Below, piece after piece: positions 43,643 to 54,195 of a DNA stretch of 64,000 nt (its first letter is position 1; the number at the start of each line of letters is the position of its first letter). The translations under genes were made by a program, and so were the position numbers. The notes beneath the pieces were generated by a model. That model did not search any database. It saw only the letters and a program-made list of their open reading frames with translations, and was not told the origin of the DNA. The stretch is from an uncultured Acidobacteriota bacterium (GTDB taxonomy: Bacteria; Acidobacteriota; UBA6911), in NCBI GenBank assembly GCA_963809485.1, contig CAWEJX010000004.1:406669-470668 (forward strand), in the 5' to 3' direction.

Positions 43643-44047
43643 TTAATGGATATCGCAGCCGTTGGCACCGGCGGCGGTGGCATTGTTATCGAGCTTCCTC
43701 TCCAGCTTCACAGCTGTGTCTGCAGACGAGTGAAAGACGAACGTTGGAGGCGTATCGCTCCTAACCTGCTTCTCGTTTGAAAGCAGCTCGATCAGGCCAA
43801 GAAGATAATGCCTTGAGCCTTCATGCGTGTCCGGCCCCCTGGAAATCATTGGATAACAGAGGATATCGAGATTGGGTCCATCGCGTATGGCGCTCCGCAC
43901 ATCTTGCATCATCCCGGGATGTCTATATCCGTCCTTTCGGAGGCGATACTCCGGCACGAAGGCAGTAATTCCCTGCTCGTTCAACCAGAGGGCATAATGG
44001 GCCGATAGGTTGGATAAGCGCGATTTCGCTCGATCCCCCCGAAACAT
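43643..44047 (-). pseudogene. Alpha/beta hydrolase remnant with internal deletions
   Basis: ALWLNEQGITAFV.EYRL..DGYRHP..MQD, ILCYPMIS, SNEKQV..DTPPTFVFHS..D; the GxSxG nucleophile segment is missing. Confidence 0.65.
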
Positions 44048-44874
44048 GAAAGGAGTTCCGATTCTGATAAGGGGGCTATGTCAATTTCGTACCAGCCTGC
44101 CGATGCTCAAATAGTCCCCAAAACGCCGCAACCGGCATCATAACGCAAAACTCCAGCCGGAAATAAGAATTTCGCTAAAGGCTTCCGCGTATAGCTCGGC
44201 CATTCGGTCCGCTGGATTACTTGGCGGATTATGGGGCATAGAAAAATTCGATCTCGTGATTCCATGCATATCCGCCATCTGACTGACAGAAAGACACTCA
44301 TCCATCGAAAACATCCCCTTCCGCTGCATACAACGATCCGCCGGCCTGTAAGGATAGGAAGGATGGGCTGCCGATTTGGTCTTGATCACGGGTTAGGCTC
44401 TCCTCCCTTCCCTCCAAATTCCGATAAGAGCCATTCTGTCAACTGATCAGGTATCCAGCCCCGAGCTTTACAGGACGCAGCTTTTTCGACAAAACTCCGC
44501 CTAATGGACAAAGCTCCGCCTGATGGCAAAGCAGATTGCCACTCAGAAAGGTGAAGCTGCAGGAATAATTAGGAAGCGGAGGTCTTGCTATAAAGCCCGT
44601 TGGGGCTGAATTGCTGACAGAGATTGTTCAGCTTCACGCGGCCCTGGGAGGCAAGGTTTCGCTTGAAGATGCTTCAGTCCTGCAAATATCCGCATCGCCG
44701 AAAACCATACTCCTTTCAAGCGACAAGGTTCTGAGGGGGGTTTTCTCGGTGCTGGACAGGATCAAGCGGCGACAGCTCGGGCTGAGCGTGACAAGCAACT
44801 TCCCGCTGATCTCCGATGACGACGAAACGTCTGTTCCCACGGCGCGAACCAGCATAGACAATCCTCGCAGAAGC

Positions 44875-46095
44875 TTAATCCTTAACTCTCCTTTTCCCAA
44901 TAAGAAGGTTTAAAATGAAAGCAACGATGCCGAGCAGAATCAGAATATAGAATAAATTTCGGAATGATCCAGCCTTGTCCTTAATTATCCCGGCGAGACT
45001 GGATCCAAAAGCGCCCACAAAAATATATAAAGTGACAATGCCGAATTTCATGGAGTAATTGTTGGCCCCAAAATAATCCACAGTAAAGGCGGAGGATGTA
45101 GGGGGAACACCGCCATAGGAAAACCCTGTGAACACGACACCCAGCAACATAAGAGGCACGGAGCGTACCTGGAAGGCTGCAATCATCAATATTGAAGATA
45201 CGATGATAAGAGAAGTATCGAGCGTCATGGTTTTGATGCGGCCCAGCCTGTCATATAGCGAACCAAGCAGCATCCGACCCAAACCGTTGCATATTGACAG
45301 AAGTGTTACGGAGAAAGTGGCGATGCCCGTTGCGGTTTGGTCCAATTCCAGGACACATTGCTTGACATTACCCATAATGGCATAGACCGAAACCAGCAGT
45401 AATATGCCCCATATAAAAAACAGCCAGAATGCACTGCTTTTAAGCATTTCCTCGACTGTCATTTCAGACTGGCGAAAAGACCTACGGTTATCAGGGACTC
45501 TGGTATTCTGAATGGAAATATCATTTTCCGGGAGCTTCAGAATCATCGCAGCCACTGCAACCACTAAGGTCATCAAGACAGCAAGACCGGCAAATATCAT
45601 TCTCCAGCCGAAGATTGGGGATAGGGAGTTTGCCCCCACGCCAAGTACGAGCGTGCTGAAAGCAAAGCACATCATTAAGGTTCCCGAGGCTGCTCCTATT
45701 TTGTCAGGGAACCACCTGGCTACCGTGCTCAGAACGGTGTTATAGGTTATTCCAACACCGAAGCTGCCGACAACGCCATAGGAGAGATACAATAACCACA
45801 AGGTGTTTTCCGTAATAAGTGAAACGCCAATGAACCCCGCACCAATTAAGCCGGCGCACATTGCAAGCATCGCTCTGGTGGACAACTTCTTGGATATGAA
45901 ACCAGCGGAAAAGTTGCCCAGGCAAAAGAAAGCCATTACAATTGTAAAAGTTGTGGCCAGCGCTGTGCTTGTCCAACTGGGAAAAATATCTTTGAACATC
46001 CCGGCAAAAATGGACCAAGCGTAGACTATGCCAATGCAAAAAAATACAATTGATCCTGTAAACAAATAAAGCCAACGTTTGGCAGGTATTCCCAT
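44875..46095 (-). CDS. OFA-family (oxalate:formate antiporter-like) MFS transporter
   Basis: GAGGAG RBS; GIVYAWSIF, RWFPDKIG, NGLGR, DYFG. Confidence 0.88.
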   Translation of the reverse strand: MGIPAKRWLYLFTGSIVFFCIGIVYAWSIFAGMFKDIFPSWTSTALATTFTIVMAFFCLGNFSAGFISKKLSTRAMLAMCAGLIGAGFIGVSLITENTLWLLYLSYGVVGSFGVGITYNTVLSTVARWFPDKIGAASGTLMMCFAFSTLVLGVGANSLSPIFGWRMIFAGLAVLMTLVVAVAAMILKLPENDISIQNTRVPDNRRSFRQSEMTVEEMLKSSAFWLFFIWGILLLVSVYAIMGNVKQCVLELDQTATGIATFSVTLLSICNGLGRMLLGSLYDRLGRIKTMTLDTSLIIVSSILMIAAFQVRSVPLMLLGVVFTGFSYGGVPPTSSAFTVDYFGANNYSMKFGIVTLYIFVGAFGSSLAGIIKDKAGSFRNLFYILILLGIVAFILNLLIGKRRVKD

Positions 46096-46265
46096 CACTC
46101 CCTCAATTTTGCCGGTATAATGGCAGGCTGGGCCGCTTTTCATATCATGGTTCTCGCCGGGGAAGCGGACTTGCAATAACACAACCTATGCAAAACAAAG
46201 GAATTCATAAAAGGGAAAGACGCTTTATTCAATCAGAAAAGGTGAGAAAAAGAAACGGAAATGAC

Positions 46266-47437
46266 AACTGTTGGCAGCGCGACCGTTACTCCCACAGATG
46301 GTATAGTTTGAGACTCAATTCCATGCAATCCGTTCCATCATTGACACGGTTCAAAAACAATGAAGAGTCTCAGCTGTCCAAACAGCGAATGTCCACTGGC
46401 GGGAAAGGTCGCTTTCGGAAACATCATCGGCCACGGATTCTACAAAACCAAGTGGGGGCGTCGTCGTCGATATCGTTGCGGTACTTGCGGCAAAACCTTC
46501 TGCTCCAATTCCGGAACACCCTGCCATCGAATCCAACACCGACGTACAGCTTTCGATGATGTTGTCAATCTCAGCGTTGAGGGACTGAACAAGTCCGCGA
46601 TTGCCCGGGTACAGCGCATTGCCTGGAATGCCGTCGATCGCTGGCTCGAAAAAGCAGCCGCCTCTTGTCACCGTTTCAACGATCAAAAAATAGATAGGGT
46701 CGCCATCTCAGAGCTTCAGGCAGATGAGATTCGTACTTTCATCCGCGGCAAGGAACAGCCGATTTGGATCTTTGCCGCGATTGAGGTCTGGTCCCGGCTT
46801 GAGCCTTCAACAGTCGTTGGAAGACGAAGCTATCGAAACACACTTACCCTCTTTCGAGATATCTCCAGTCGATCAAATCTGGAGCTTGTCCCTCTAATTG
46901 CCAAGGACGGATCTGCTTTTATGCGAAAGTTGTCCACCGTGTCTTTGGGCAAGCGTGTTTGTATGGCCAGGTCATTAAGACCCGCAGAAACGATTGTGTT
47001 ATCAAGGTTGAGCGAAGAGCCGTGATCGGCGCGGCCTGGTGATTCGAACAGGCATTGCGCGACTCCCAGGATTCCTCGAAGCGGAACACATCCTTTATCG
47101 AACGGCTGAATCTGACGATCCGGCAGGGCTCTGCGCATCTTTGCCGGCGGACGATATGTCAGGCACGATGGCAGGAACGTCTCGAAGATCATCTCGAGTT
47201 GCTTCGCTGCTATTACAATTTCGTCAGGCCTCACAGGGCGCTGAAATTCGGTCGCGAGGTCCGAACACCGGCCATGCAGGCCGGATTAGTCTCCAAACGA
47301 CTCAGCTTCAGGGAGGTATTCATGGCTGAGCAGCGGCGAATTCTTTTTGTGATCATTTTTATTTACATAAAGGCAGCTTTAAGTAGAGTCAGAGAACAGA
47401 AAATGGCAGCGCAACAACAGTAGATGGCGGAAGGACC
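46266..47437 (+). mobile_element. IS1-family element with degenerate transposase (46360-47423)
   Basis: Zn finger CPNSEC...RYRCGTCGKTF, HTH, QADEIRTFI, NTSFIERLNLTIRQ, YYNFVRPH, RTPAMQAG; frameshifts and an in-frame stop at 47040; outer left end truncated. Confidence 0.88.
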
Positions 47438-47846
47438 GATACCGTTTCTCGCCACCCTTACCGAGCCTCTATCTCAGTTGTTTTATCCTGAGCCTTTCAA
47501 ATTCTGACATCCCGGGCACGATGTTATTCAAGGGCAGCAACGCCTTTTTAAATGGGCTGACTGCCACCCCTGCTTGTATATTTTTCGGCCGCATCGAATC
47601 ATAAATGCAGTCTTATCCGTATCCCCTTGTTACGCCCAGGATTAATAATCGTGCGCCATTCGGAGTGTCGAGCAATTGCGTTAAAAACCTGAATACTGGC
47701 GATTTCGAGCATCTGGAGTCTTGATTGCGTAACACCAGGTGCATCGCGCAGCTTTTTGGCTTTGAATATTGGGAGAACACGGTAAGTCTGGTGATTTGTG
47801 ATTCAATAAACCTGCTAAGGAATTCTGCTAAGTTATTGAATTTAAA

Positions 47847-47903
47847 TGCCGGGGATGGGAATCGAACCCACACACTCCTTGCGGAGCCCAGGATTTTAAG
47901 TCC
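47847..47903 (-). repeat. 3'-half of tRNA-Leu(UAA), att site
   Basis: Minus strand GGACTTAAAATCCTGGGCTCCGCAAGGAGTGTGTGGGTTCGATTCCCATCCCCGGCA: anticodon loop, variable arm, T arm and acceptor strand, with no 5' half. Confidence 0.88.
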
Positions 47904-48017
47904 TTTTCAAAACCTCGGAATTTTGCGACAACTGCGGCTTATTGCGGCCTATCAACAGTTTAGCTTTGGTTTTCCCCTCATCAATTTCCGCTATTTTCGC
48001 GCTAATTCGTTATAGTT

Positions 48018-48038
48018 CGCGGTAAGTTCACGGTAAGT
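48018..48038. repeat. Tandem arm-type repeat (C[A/G]CGGTAAGT x2)
   Basis: CGCGGTAAGTTCACGGTAAGT; the same motif occurs at 47778-47787 and 56709-56729. Confidence 0.7.
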
Positions 48039-48306
48039 CAATTTTCGAGCTTCGCCATATTGCTGTTTTCACGATTGCCGAAGCCCGGACTATTTCCACT
48101 GTTGCTCCAAGCCCTTATGTCTATGCATCATAGCTGCAATTCAATTTGTTGTCACCATGGCATGTGGTGCCATGGCGCGACATGCCGGGGTGGCACGAGG
48201 TGCTATGGAGGTCTCGATCATGTTCGCAGATGCATTTCCGTATTGTTGCCAGGATTGGATACTTCCGGACGCGCTCATTCCTCTCGCAACCGCATGTTGG
48301 GAGGAC

Positions 48307-49185
48307 TTAAAAATTTCCGGCCATCCCAATGACCGTCCGGATGGCGCGCTCCAGATCAAAATCAGAGTAATCTTTCTCTCTCAATACGGGTCTTAGCTGC
48401 CCTTCAAGTTGTTGGCGAAGGACCTGCAAACGCGGTTGGGAAACATCCACCTGAGGATTTCCGGGAACCGACAGCTTCTGCTTAACCAGGCTGATAAATG
48501 CTCCATCATTTATGGCAAGGTCAAGCTTTTGCATAGCGTAATCAATATCATAATAATCTCGGATCGCAACATCACGGCGGGTTAAAGCCGCCCTGAATTT
48601 TTCTGCAAAAGCTTCCATTTTGGAAATGCAGCGCAAGGATATCGGATTTAAGAGTGTCCGGTCTGAAACAGGATTAAGCAGAATTGCATTTGCCAACTCC
48701 ATCTTTACAGCCGTTAATAAAGGCTCTCGCAATCCCACTTCAATTTTTATCGTTTCAGGTTGTCCGCTCATCAGCGACATGTAACCAACTACTGCAATGT
48801 ATTGAGTCGAATTATTCGCTCCCGTTAGCGATTGGATCATTCGGAAAGCGGGTAGTTGGTCGGCCATATCCGCCAAAACATGCTTCAATGCCCCTGCCTG
48901 CTTGCTCCGATCTGTTCGTTTTGATTTAATGGACATTGAAATGACAAAGTCCAGATCTTCGCTCAGTCGGTAAAAGCCTGCATATACCTTTGCCAGACAA
49001 GTCCCTCCTTTAAACACAAGATCCTTGCTTGCTGATGCCAAGTATTCCAATAATATGCTGCAAAAGTAATCCTTTTCGATGAGACGGGCCGCGAAGCCGG
49101 TTCTCTGTGCCGTAAAATTGACCGCAGCTCGAAAAAAGTCAGGATCTGCCAGAACTTTCGCAGTTTCTGAAATAGTGTTATTCAT
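48307..49185 (-). CDS. abiEii: AbiEii-family nucleotidyltransferase toxin (type IV TA)
   Basis: IEKDY, VFKGGTCL, RLSEDLDF, AEKFRA, RDYYD. Confidence 0.92.
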   Translation of the reverse strand: MNNTISETAKVLADPDFFRAAVNFTAQRTGFAARLIEKDYFCSILLEYLASASKDLVFKGGTCLAKVYAGFYRLSEDLDFVISMSIKSKRTDRSKQAGALKHVLADMADQLPAFRMIQSLTGANNSTQYIAVVGYMSLMSGQPETIKIEVGLREPLLTAVKMELANAILLNPVSDRTLLNPISLRCISKMEAFAEKFRAALTRRDVAIRDYYDIDYAMQKLDLAINDGAFISLVKQKLSVPGNPQVDVSQPRLQVLRQQLEGQLRPVLREKDYSDFDLERAIRTVIGMAGNF

Positions 49186-49972
49186 TAATAATCACGCCCC
49201 ATCGACGATTTACAGTCCCCCGTTTTGGCCTGCCGGGGACCCAAGGAATCAAGCTTGAGGTGGGATTAAGCGCTCGGTTTAATTTTTGAAGCAAGGCTGA
49301 ATCAACACCTTCGTCCTCGAGCAGCACTCCTATTCGGCGTATTGTTCCTGTATCTCCGTAGCGCAGGGTGACCTTGATAAGTTCTCTCTCATCGATGCGC
49401 TTTGCCCTAAGCTCATAGCGGATCCATTCGTATCCGCGTGGGAGGCTGGTAAACCGCGACCAGTCATACACCGCATCTACTAACGTGCGCACTCGCGACG
49501 AATAAAGAACCCTCTCGCCGTCCAAAGTCGCCTCTTCCGTTTCTCCGAGCCGATCATCGGCCACTTTTATCAGCATCAGCAAAACAGAGCCAATGGTTCG
49601 TTTTCCGGAAATCCGGTTGTTGTAGGCATATATTCGGTTAGGGATCTGATTATCAAATCCATAGCGGTTGAAAGCATTGGGACCGCAGATCTGACAGCGC
49701 CCGCCTCGATCCTCCATCAGTGCATTCAAAGCCAGCGCCTCACCGGGAGTCCATGCCCCACCCAGAGGCAATTGCGGCGGCACAAGATACAATCCCTGCC
49801 TTACTCTGGCAATCAGACCGCCGCGCGAAAGCCGGCTGAGCAGCTTGCGCTCCTGGTCTGGGGTCAAGCGCAGCATCGAGGATGCCAGATCGCCGCTTCG
49901 CACGATGCTTAGTTTGCGCATCTGAAGATAGGCAAAGAATTGTGTTTCAAGGTCGCCAAGCTGCTTTTTCAT
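49178..49972 (-). CDS. abiEi: AbiEi-family antitoxin/regulator
   Basis: Winged-helix LSRLSRGGLIARVRQGLY, AFNRYGF..QIP, RTLVD; overlaps abiEii. Confidence 0.85.
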   Translation of the reverse strand: MKKQLGDLETQFFAYLQMRKLSIVRSGDLASSMLRLTPDQERKLLSRLSRGGLIARVRQGLYLVPPQLPLGGAWTPGEALALNALMEDRGGRCQICGPNAFNRYGFDNQIPNRIYAYNNRISGKRTIGSVLLMLIKVADDRLGETEEATLDGERVLYSSRVRTLVDAVYDWSRFTSLPRGYEWIRYELRAKRIDERELIKVTLRYGDTGTIRRIGVLLEDEGVDSALLQKLNRALNPTSSLIPWVPGRPKRGTVNRRWGVIINE

Positions 49973-50215
49973 GAATGCACACTATTTTAAGCAAATGCCC
50001 TGATAGGGCATTTGCTTAAAATACCATACACACCCCTTAAAACATACCAGAGATTGTTGCCCTGACATGAAAGGCAGGCAGAAAGAGAATGAAAGTTAGT
50101 TTTGACATGCCTGTGGTCTGCCATATAGGCTGACTTCCTGTGGCAAGATTTCACACAACGCCTAAACTGACGCTGCACGGCAGTCTCACATTTAATAAAT
50201 CGAGAGGAACCGAAA

Positions 50216-50518
50216 ATGAGCTTTACAACCGAACCAACCGGATATCAAAAGACCGTACTGTCGGATCTTCAGGGAGCTTGGCTGGCATTTCGCGAATCCG
50301 TTGTTGACAGCGGCGGCTACGAAAATTGGGATCGCGTCCTGTTTCACACGGATGAAGCGATGAGCTGGGAAACGGTCCGAAATCTTAACCGGATGCCTCC
50401 TCTCGTTCTGATCATTCGCAATTTGTGTATTCAGGGCGGAGCATCCAGCGAAATCATGCTCAATCTGGAAGAGATAACAAACATACTCGAGGAAACGCTT
50501 TCCAAATTTCCATACTGA
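50216..50518 (+). CDS. Hypothetical protein (100 aa)
   Basis: GAGG RBS; helical composition; transcribed divergently from abiE. Confidence 0.7.
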   Translation: MSFTTEPTGYQKTVLSDLQGAWLAFRESVVDSGGYENWDRVLFHTDEAMSWETVRNLNRMPPLVLIIRNLCIQGGASSEIMLNLEEITNILEETLSKFPY

Positions 50519-50610
50519 GGGTAATCGGGATCCCGCCATAGAGAGTACCATATGAAATTATTTATCACAGGCATCAGTTGCGTTGGGATGACGTCCATGG
50601 AGGTGGTCCG

Positions 50611-52222
50611 TTGAAACGACAAAAAGTTATTCCATCCCAGCCCGGTTCGTCGAACATCGACGGGAGCCCTGGCCTCTCTGAATGCAGAGGATCTGCGCGA
50701 TTTGATCCGCGACATCATTCCCCGTCTTGACGATAAAACCCTTTCCCGGTTTAACAATGCGATTATCGAACGGGCTGCCGCGGGCAAGACCGGGTGGCAG
50801 CCCTCCGGTCCGACCGATGAAGGCGTCGCGGAGGCGCTGGCTTTTGCCAAAGCCGCCAAACGGGTTGGCTCCGCCGATCCCTCAGAGGTGGACAATTATC
50901 TCCGGCAAGGCAGCAATGCCTTTCTCCGCAGGGATTATCACGCCGCATCCCAGATATTTCACGAGCTGCTGCTTCCCATTTCCGAGGGAGAGATCGATCT
51001 TGGTCAGGACGAAATGTTCAAAGAGATGCTCGGAATGGACGCGTCCGATTGCGCCGCGCAATATGTCGTTGCTGTGTACATGACTTCACCACTCGGAGCA
51101 ACGCGCCGATGCCGTTTACAGAGCCATCGAAGATATGAGGGAAGCTGGCAGCTTCTGGGAGCCCCTTCGAGAGATGGAGCGCGTAGCGGTCGAGCCGCTT
51201 CCCGATTTCGACGTCTTTCTGCGACAGTGGCGCGATCTTGTCCAGGAAGCCTGCAAGGGTGAGTGCAATCATCAGTGGGATTTAGACTCGGACCGTTGGT
51301 TGCGGGAAGCGGTTCGGCGAATGGACGGGACGGAAGGACTTGCGGGAATCGCAAGATCAGACTCGTCGGTCGGAGGATCTTCAAGCCTGGTGCCGGGCAC
51401 TGATGGAGGCAGAGGACTGGAATGCTGCCCTTGCCGCCTACGAGGAAGCGGCAGAAATCGTCATCGACAAAGCATATTCAGAGGGAGATTTTCTCGACGG
51501 CGCCGCTCTCGCTGCGCAGGAACTGGGGCGCAAGGACCTTCCCGAACGCCTCGAGCTAGCGTGGCGCAAAGCTCCCAGCATGTTGCGGCTTCGACGATGG
51601 CTCGGTTCATCCGGGAGCAGGGGCATATTGAAAAGGCGGGCCGCTGCGGCATTCGAAGCCTGCCCCACAAAAGCACATCGCCAGAAAGCGCTCCTTTGTA
51701 TACTGCTCGGCGATTTTGAAACAGCTGCCAAACTGCTGGCCTCCGCGCCGGGACTCGGCTGGTCCGATAGCGAACATCCGGGACATTTATTGTTCCCTAT
51801 TCTCTTCCGCCTGCTTGGCGGCGACATCGGGGTATTTCGAGCACGAAAGCCGGCGTCTTGCTGCAGACATTGATGAGCTGGAGTCGCTCCCTTCAGACTG
51901 TGACGAACCATGCCTGCCCAATCCATCAGTCGATGAAATCATTGCGCTTGCAGGGCTCGACAAATTAGAAGTTGATCATGAACGCGCCGGCTTGATAAAA
52001 GCGATGAGAGAGGCTGTCCGGAAACGTATCAAGGGTCTTACGGAGCGCAAGCGTCGAAGCCATTACGGTCATGCTGCATTCCTGACCGCCGCCTGCGTCT
52101 CCGTCGATGAATCTAGTACAACGTCTGAATGGATTGCTGCAATTCGAAATGAGTATCGCCGTTTCCCCGCCCTGCGGCGCGAGTTGGACAGATACCTGAG
52201 CCGAGCGCGGAAAAAGGATTGA
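50611..52222 (+). CDS. Large alpha-helical hypothetical protein with several frameshifts
   Basis: GGAGG RBS and TTG at 50611. Consecutive overlapping ORFs 50702-51262, 51135-, 51340-51873 and 51716-52222 read as one protein (EIDLGQDEM..., FLDGAALAA..., KRRSHYGHAA..., YRRFPALRREL). Confidence 0.65.
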
Positions 52223-52335
52223 AGATGCTCAAATAGTGAATTGCTTTCGGCTCATGGCCACAGCAATGTTGTGCAAAAATATAAATTTTGCACAACAATA
52301 GATCCCATGATATAAGTTCGGCGCAGGAGGTGGCT

Positions 52336-53742
52336 ATGGCCTATATTCGGAAACGTGGGAACCGGATTGCACTAGTTCAAGGAGAGCGGGACCCCGAAAC
52401 AGGCAAGGTGTGCCAACGTGTTCTCTTTACCTTCTATTCGAAAAAGGAGGCGACTGCGGCCCTCGACAAAACCCAAGGCCAGCTTCTCCAAGACCTGCTT
52501 GAACTCGAGTATCCCGAACTCCGCTTTTCCTGGAAGCGGATCTGGCGGGAGCTTGCCAGAAACATCGATGTCCTACCCGACGACTACGAATATCGGGAGA
52601 CGGAGATGGTCAAACGGTTCCGGGCCGATCTCTGTGCCTTCACGCGCCAGTTGGTGCTCAACGAGCCCCAGTGGCTTTTCTCCTCGGCCGAGCTTGTGCA
52701 GCGACATCGATACGAGCTCGAGTATCTGGCCGAGCTGATCCACTGGCGCCTGAAGCTCTGCGCTACGAAGCCGGACGAGTGGAATCGTGACAACGAATTC
52801 TACTGGCGGTGGCGGCTGCGCGGGAGAGAAGTGCCGGTCGATACTGAAGAGTCGGTTTCGGATCTTTACGACCAGGGAGATCTCAACCGGACTGAAGCGA
52901 TTGTGCGGCTCCTTGCCGACTCGTTCGAAAACGATGCCGAGAGCCATAACTATCTCGGGTTGATTGCGCTCGACCGGGGCAACCTGGAGGAAGCCGTTCA
53001 GCACTTCACAAAGATGATGGAGCTTTCGCGCAAGCGACTCCCTCGCCGGCTCACCCCGCGCCTGTTCATAAACAACCACCGGGGAAAACCCTACCGACGC
53101 GGGCTAAGCAACCTTCTGATCACTTTGAACCGGCTGGGACGCTACGATGAGGCGCTCCGGCTCGCCAATCAGCTCGAAGAAGTCTGCGGCGACCGCGAGG
53201 GCGCCGAGTGCCTTCGGTCCGATATTCACCTCAACCGAGGCGCATGGGAAGAGGCCGTGAGGGCCGCGCGCTATGTCCGGAATCTGTGGCCGGAAACGAG
53301 CTTTGTTGCGGCCATGGCATCCTTCGAGATGGGACACATGGAGGAGAGCGTTGCCGATTTCCTGCATGGCGCCTGCAATCATCCGGGCGCCGCTCCATTG
53401 ATAGCCGGCCGGCGCGCAAAGGCCCCAAAGACCCACGATGAAATTTGTGATCATAGGGTGGGCGCCGCCTTTCTTCAGAATCTGGCAGGATATCTGGCCC
53501 GGAACGGGCCGCGGGCGAGGCGCTTCTTCGGGGCCCTGACCGCCAATCCCAAGTTCGGAGCGCTCATGGGCGAAATTGACGAAACACGGCGCCGGCGCGA
53601 TGAGGAGCGCAAGACAAGCGCCAGGGTCGCATGGCGCCTGCTTGAGCGCATGGAATCGCCCAGCTTTGCCACGGAGCGCGCAGCCGAGATCTATCGCCTG
53701 CTGCGCCCTGGGAAGGCGGCCGGCAAAGCGCATTCGCGGTAA
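52336..53742 (+). CDS. TPR-containing protein
   Basis: AGGAGG RBS; TPR helices (AESHNYLGLIALDRGNLEEAVQHF; LNRLGRYDEA). Confidence 0.8.
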   Translation: MAYIRKRGNRIALVQGERDPETGKVCQRVLFTFYSKKEATAALDKTQGQLLQDLLELEYPELRFSWKRIWRELARNIDVLPDDYEYRETEMVKRFRADLCAFTRQLVLNEPQWLFSSAELVQRHRYELEYLAELIHWRLKLCATKPDEWNRDNEFYWRWRLRGREVPVDTEESVSDLYDQGDLNRTEAIVRLLADSFENDAESHNYLGLIALDRGNLEEAVQHFTKMMELSRKRLPRRLTPRLFINNHRGKPYRRGLSNLLITLNRLGRYDEALRLANQLEEVCGDREGAECLRSDIHLNRGAWEEAVRAARYVRNLWPETSFVAAMASFEMGHMEESVADFLHGACNHPGAAPLIAGRRAKAPKTHDEICDHRVGAAFLQNLAGYLARNGPRARRFFGALTANPKFGALMGEIDETRRRRDEERKTSARVAWRLLERMESPSFATERAAEIYRLLRPGKAAGKAHSR

Positions 53743-53770
53743 TCGCAGCAACTATGACGGGAGGATCACG

Positions 53771-54193
53771 ATGCGGCTATATCGCGGATTGAAACAGCCT
53801 TACAAGCCGGAGAAGTGCGCGGCACGAATGTCCACGCCGGCTCAACTCCAGGGGACAAATTTCACGGACTGCCCATATAGGGCGCTTCTTTACGCGCATA
53901 GCCCGCGCGGAGTCGTCCTGGTTCTGGATGTGGGTTCCGACGACCCGGTTCGCGTGTCGGAGGAACTATGGCTCGAACCAAAGGCGAAACGTCTCATGGT
54001 TTGGGGTGTATTCGACAAATATATCAGGGCTATCTTCCCCGCCAAGGAACTTTGCAAAGAGGTTCGGAGGAAAGGCATCGGTTCTCTTTCCGATCAGGAT
54101 AGGGGAACGATTTTGAAGTATGTGATTGAACAAAGGCTCGCAATGGACGAGCCCGCCCAAGGCCACCCCTTATTCCACTTGAATGAGAAATAG
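53771..54193 (+). CDS. Hypothetical protein, possible ADP-ribosyltransferase-like fold
   Basis: GGGAGG RBS; MRLYRG...GTNFTDCPYRALLYA...VVLVLDV...EE pattern. Confidence 0.6.
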   Translation: MRLYRGLKQPYKPEKCAARMSTPAQLQGTNFTDCPYRALLYAHSPRGVVLVLDVGSDDPVRVSEELWLEPKAKRLMVWGVFDKYIRAIFPAKELCKEVRRKGIGSLSDQDRGTILKYVIEQRLAMDEPAQGHPLFHLNEK

Positions 54194-54195
54194 CT

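Noticed and set aside
44138-44305. MerR-like regulator remnant (MDECLSVSQMADMHGITR...)
   Set aside because: The similarity covers under 20 residues; too short to call without a search.
44495-44532. Tandem repeat CTCCGCCT(A/G)ATGG(A)CAAAG as a CRISPR relic
   Set aside because: Only two adjacent copies, with no spacer and no cas genes.
47040-47042. In-frame TGA in the IS1 transposase as selenocysteine
   Set aside because: No Cys-motif context and the element is otherwise degenerate; an ordinary nonsense mutation is more likely.
47847-47903. Intact tRNA-Leu genes at 27720, 47847 and 56789
   Set aside because: Each lacks the 5' acceptor strand and D arm, so I treated them as att fragments.
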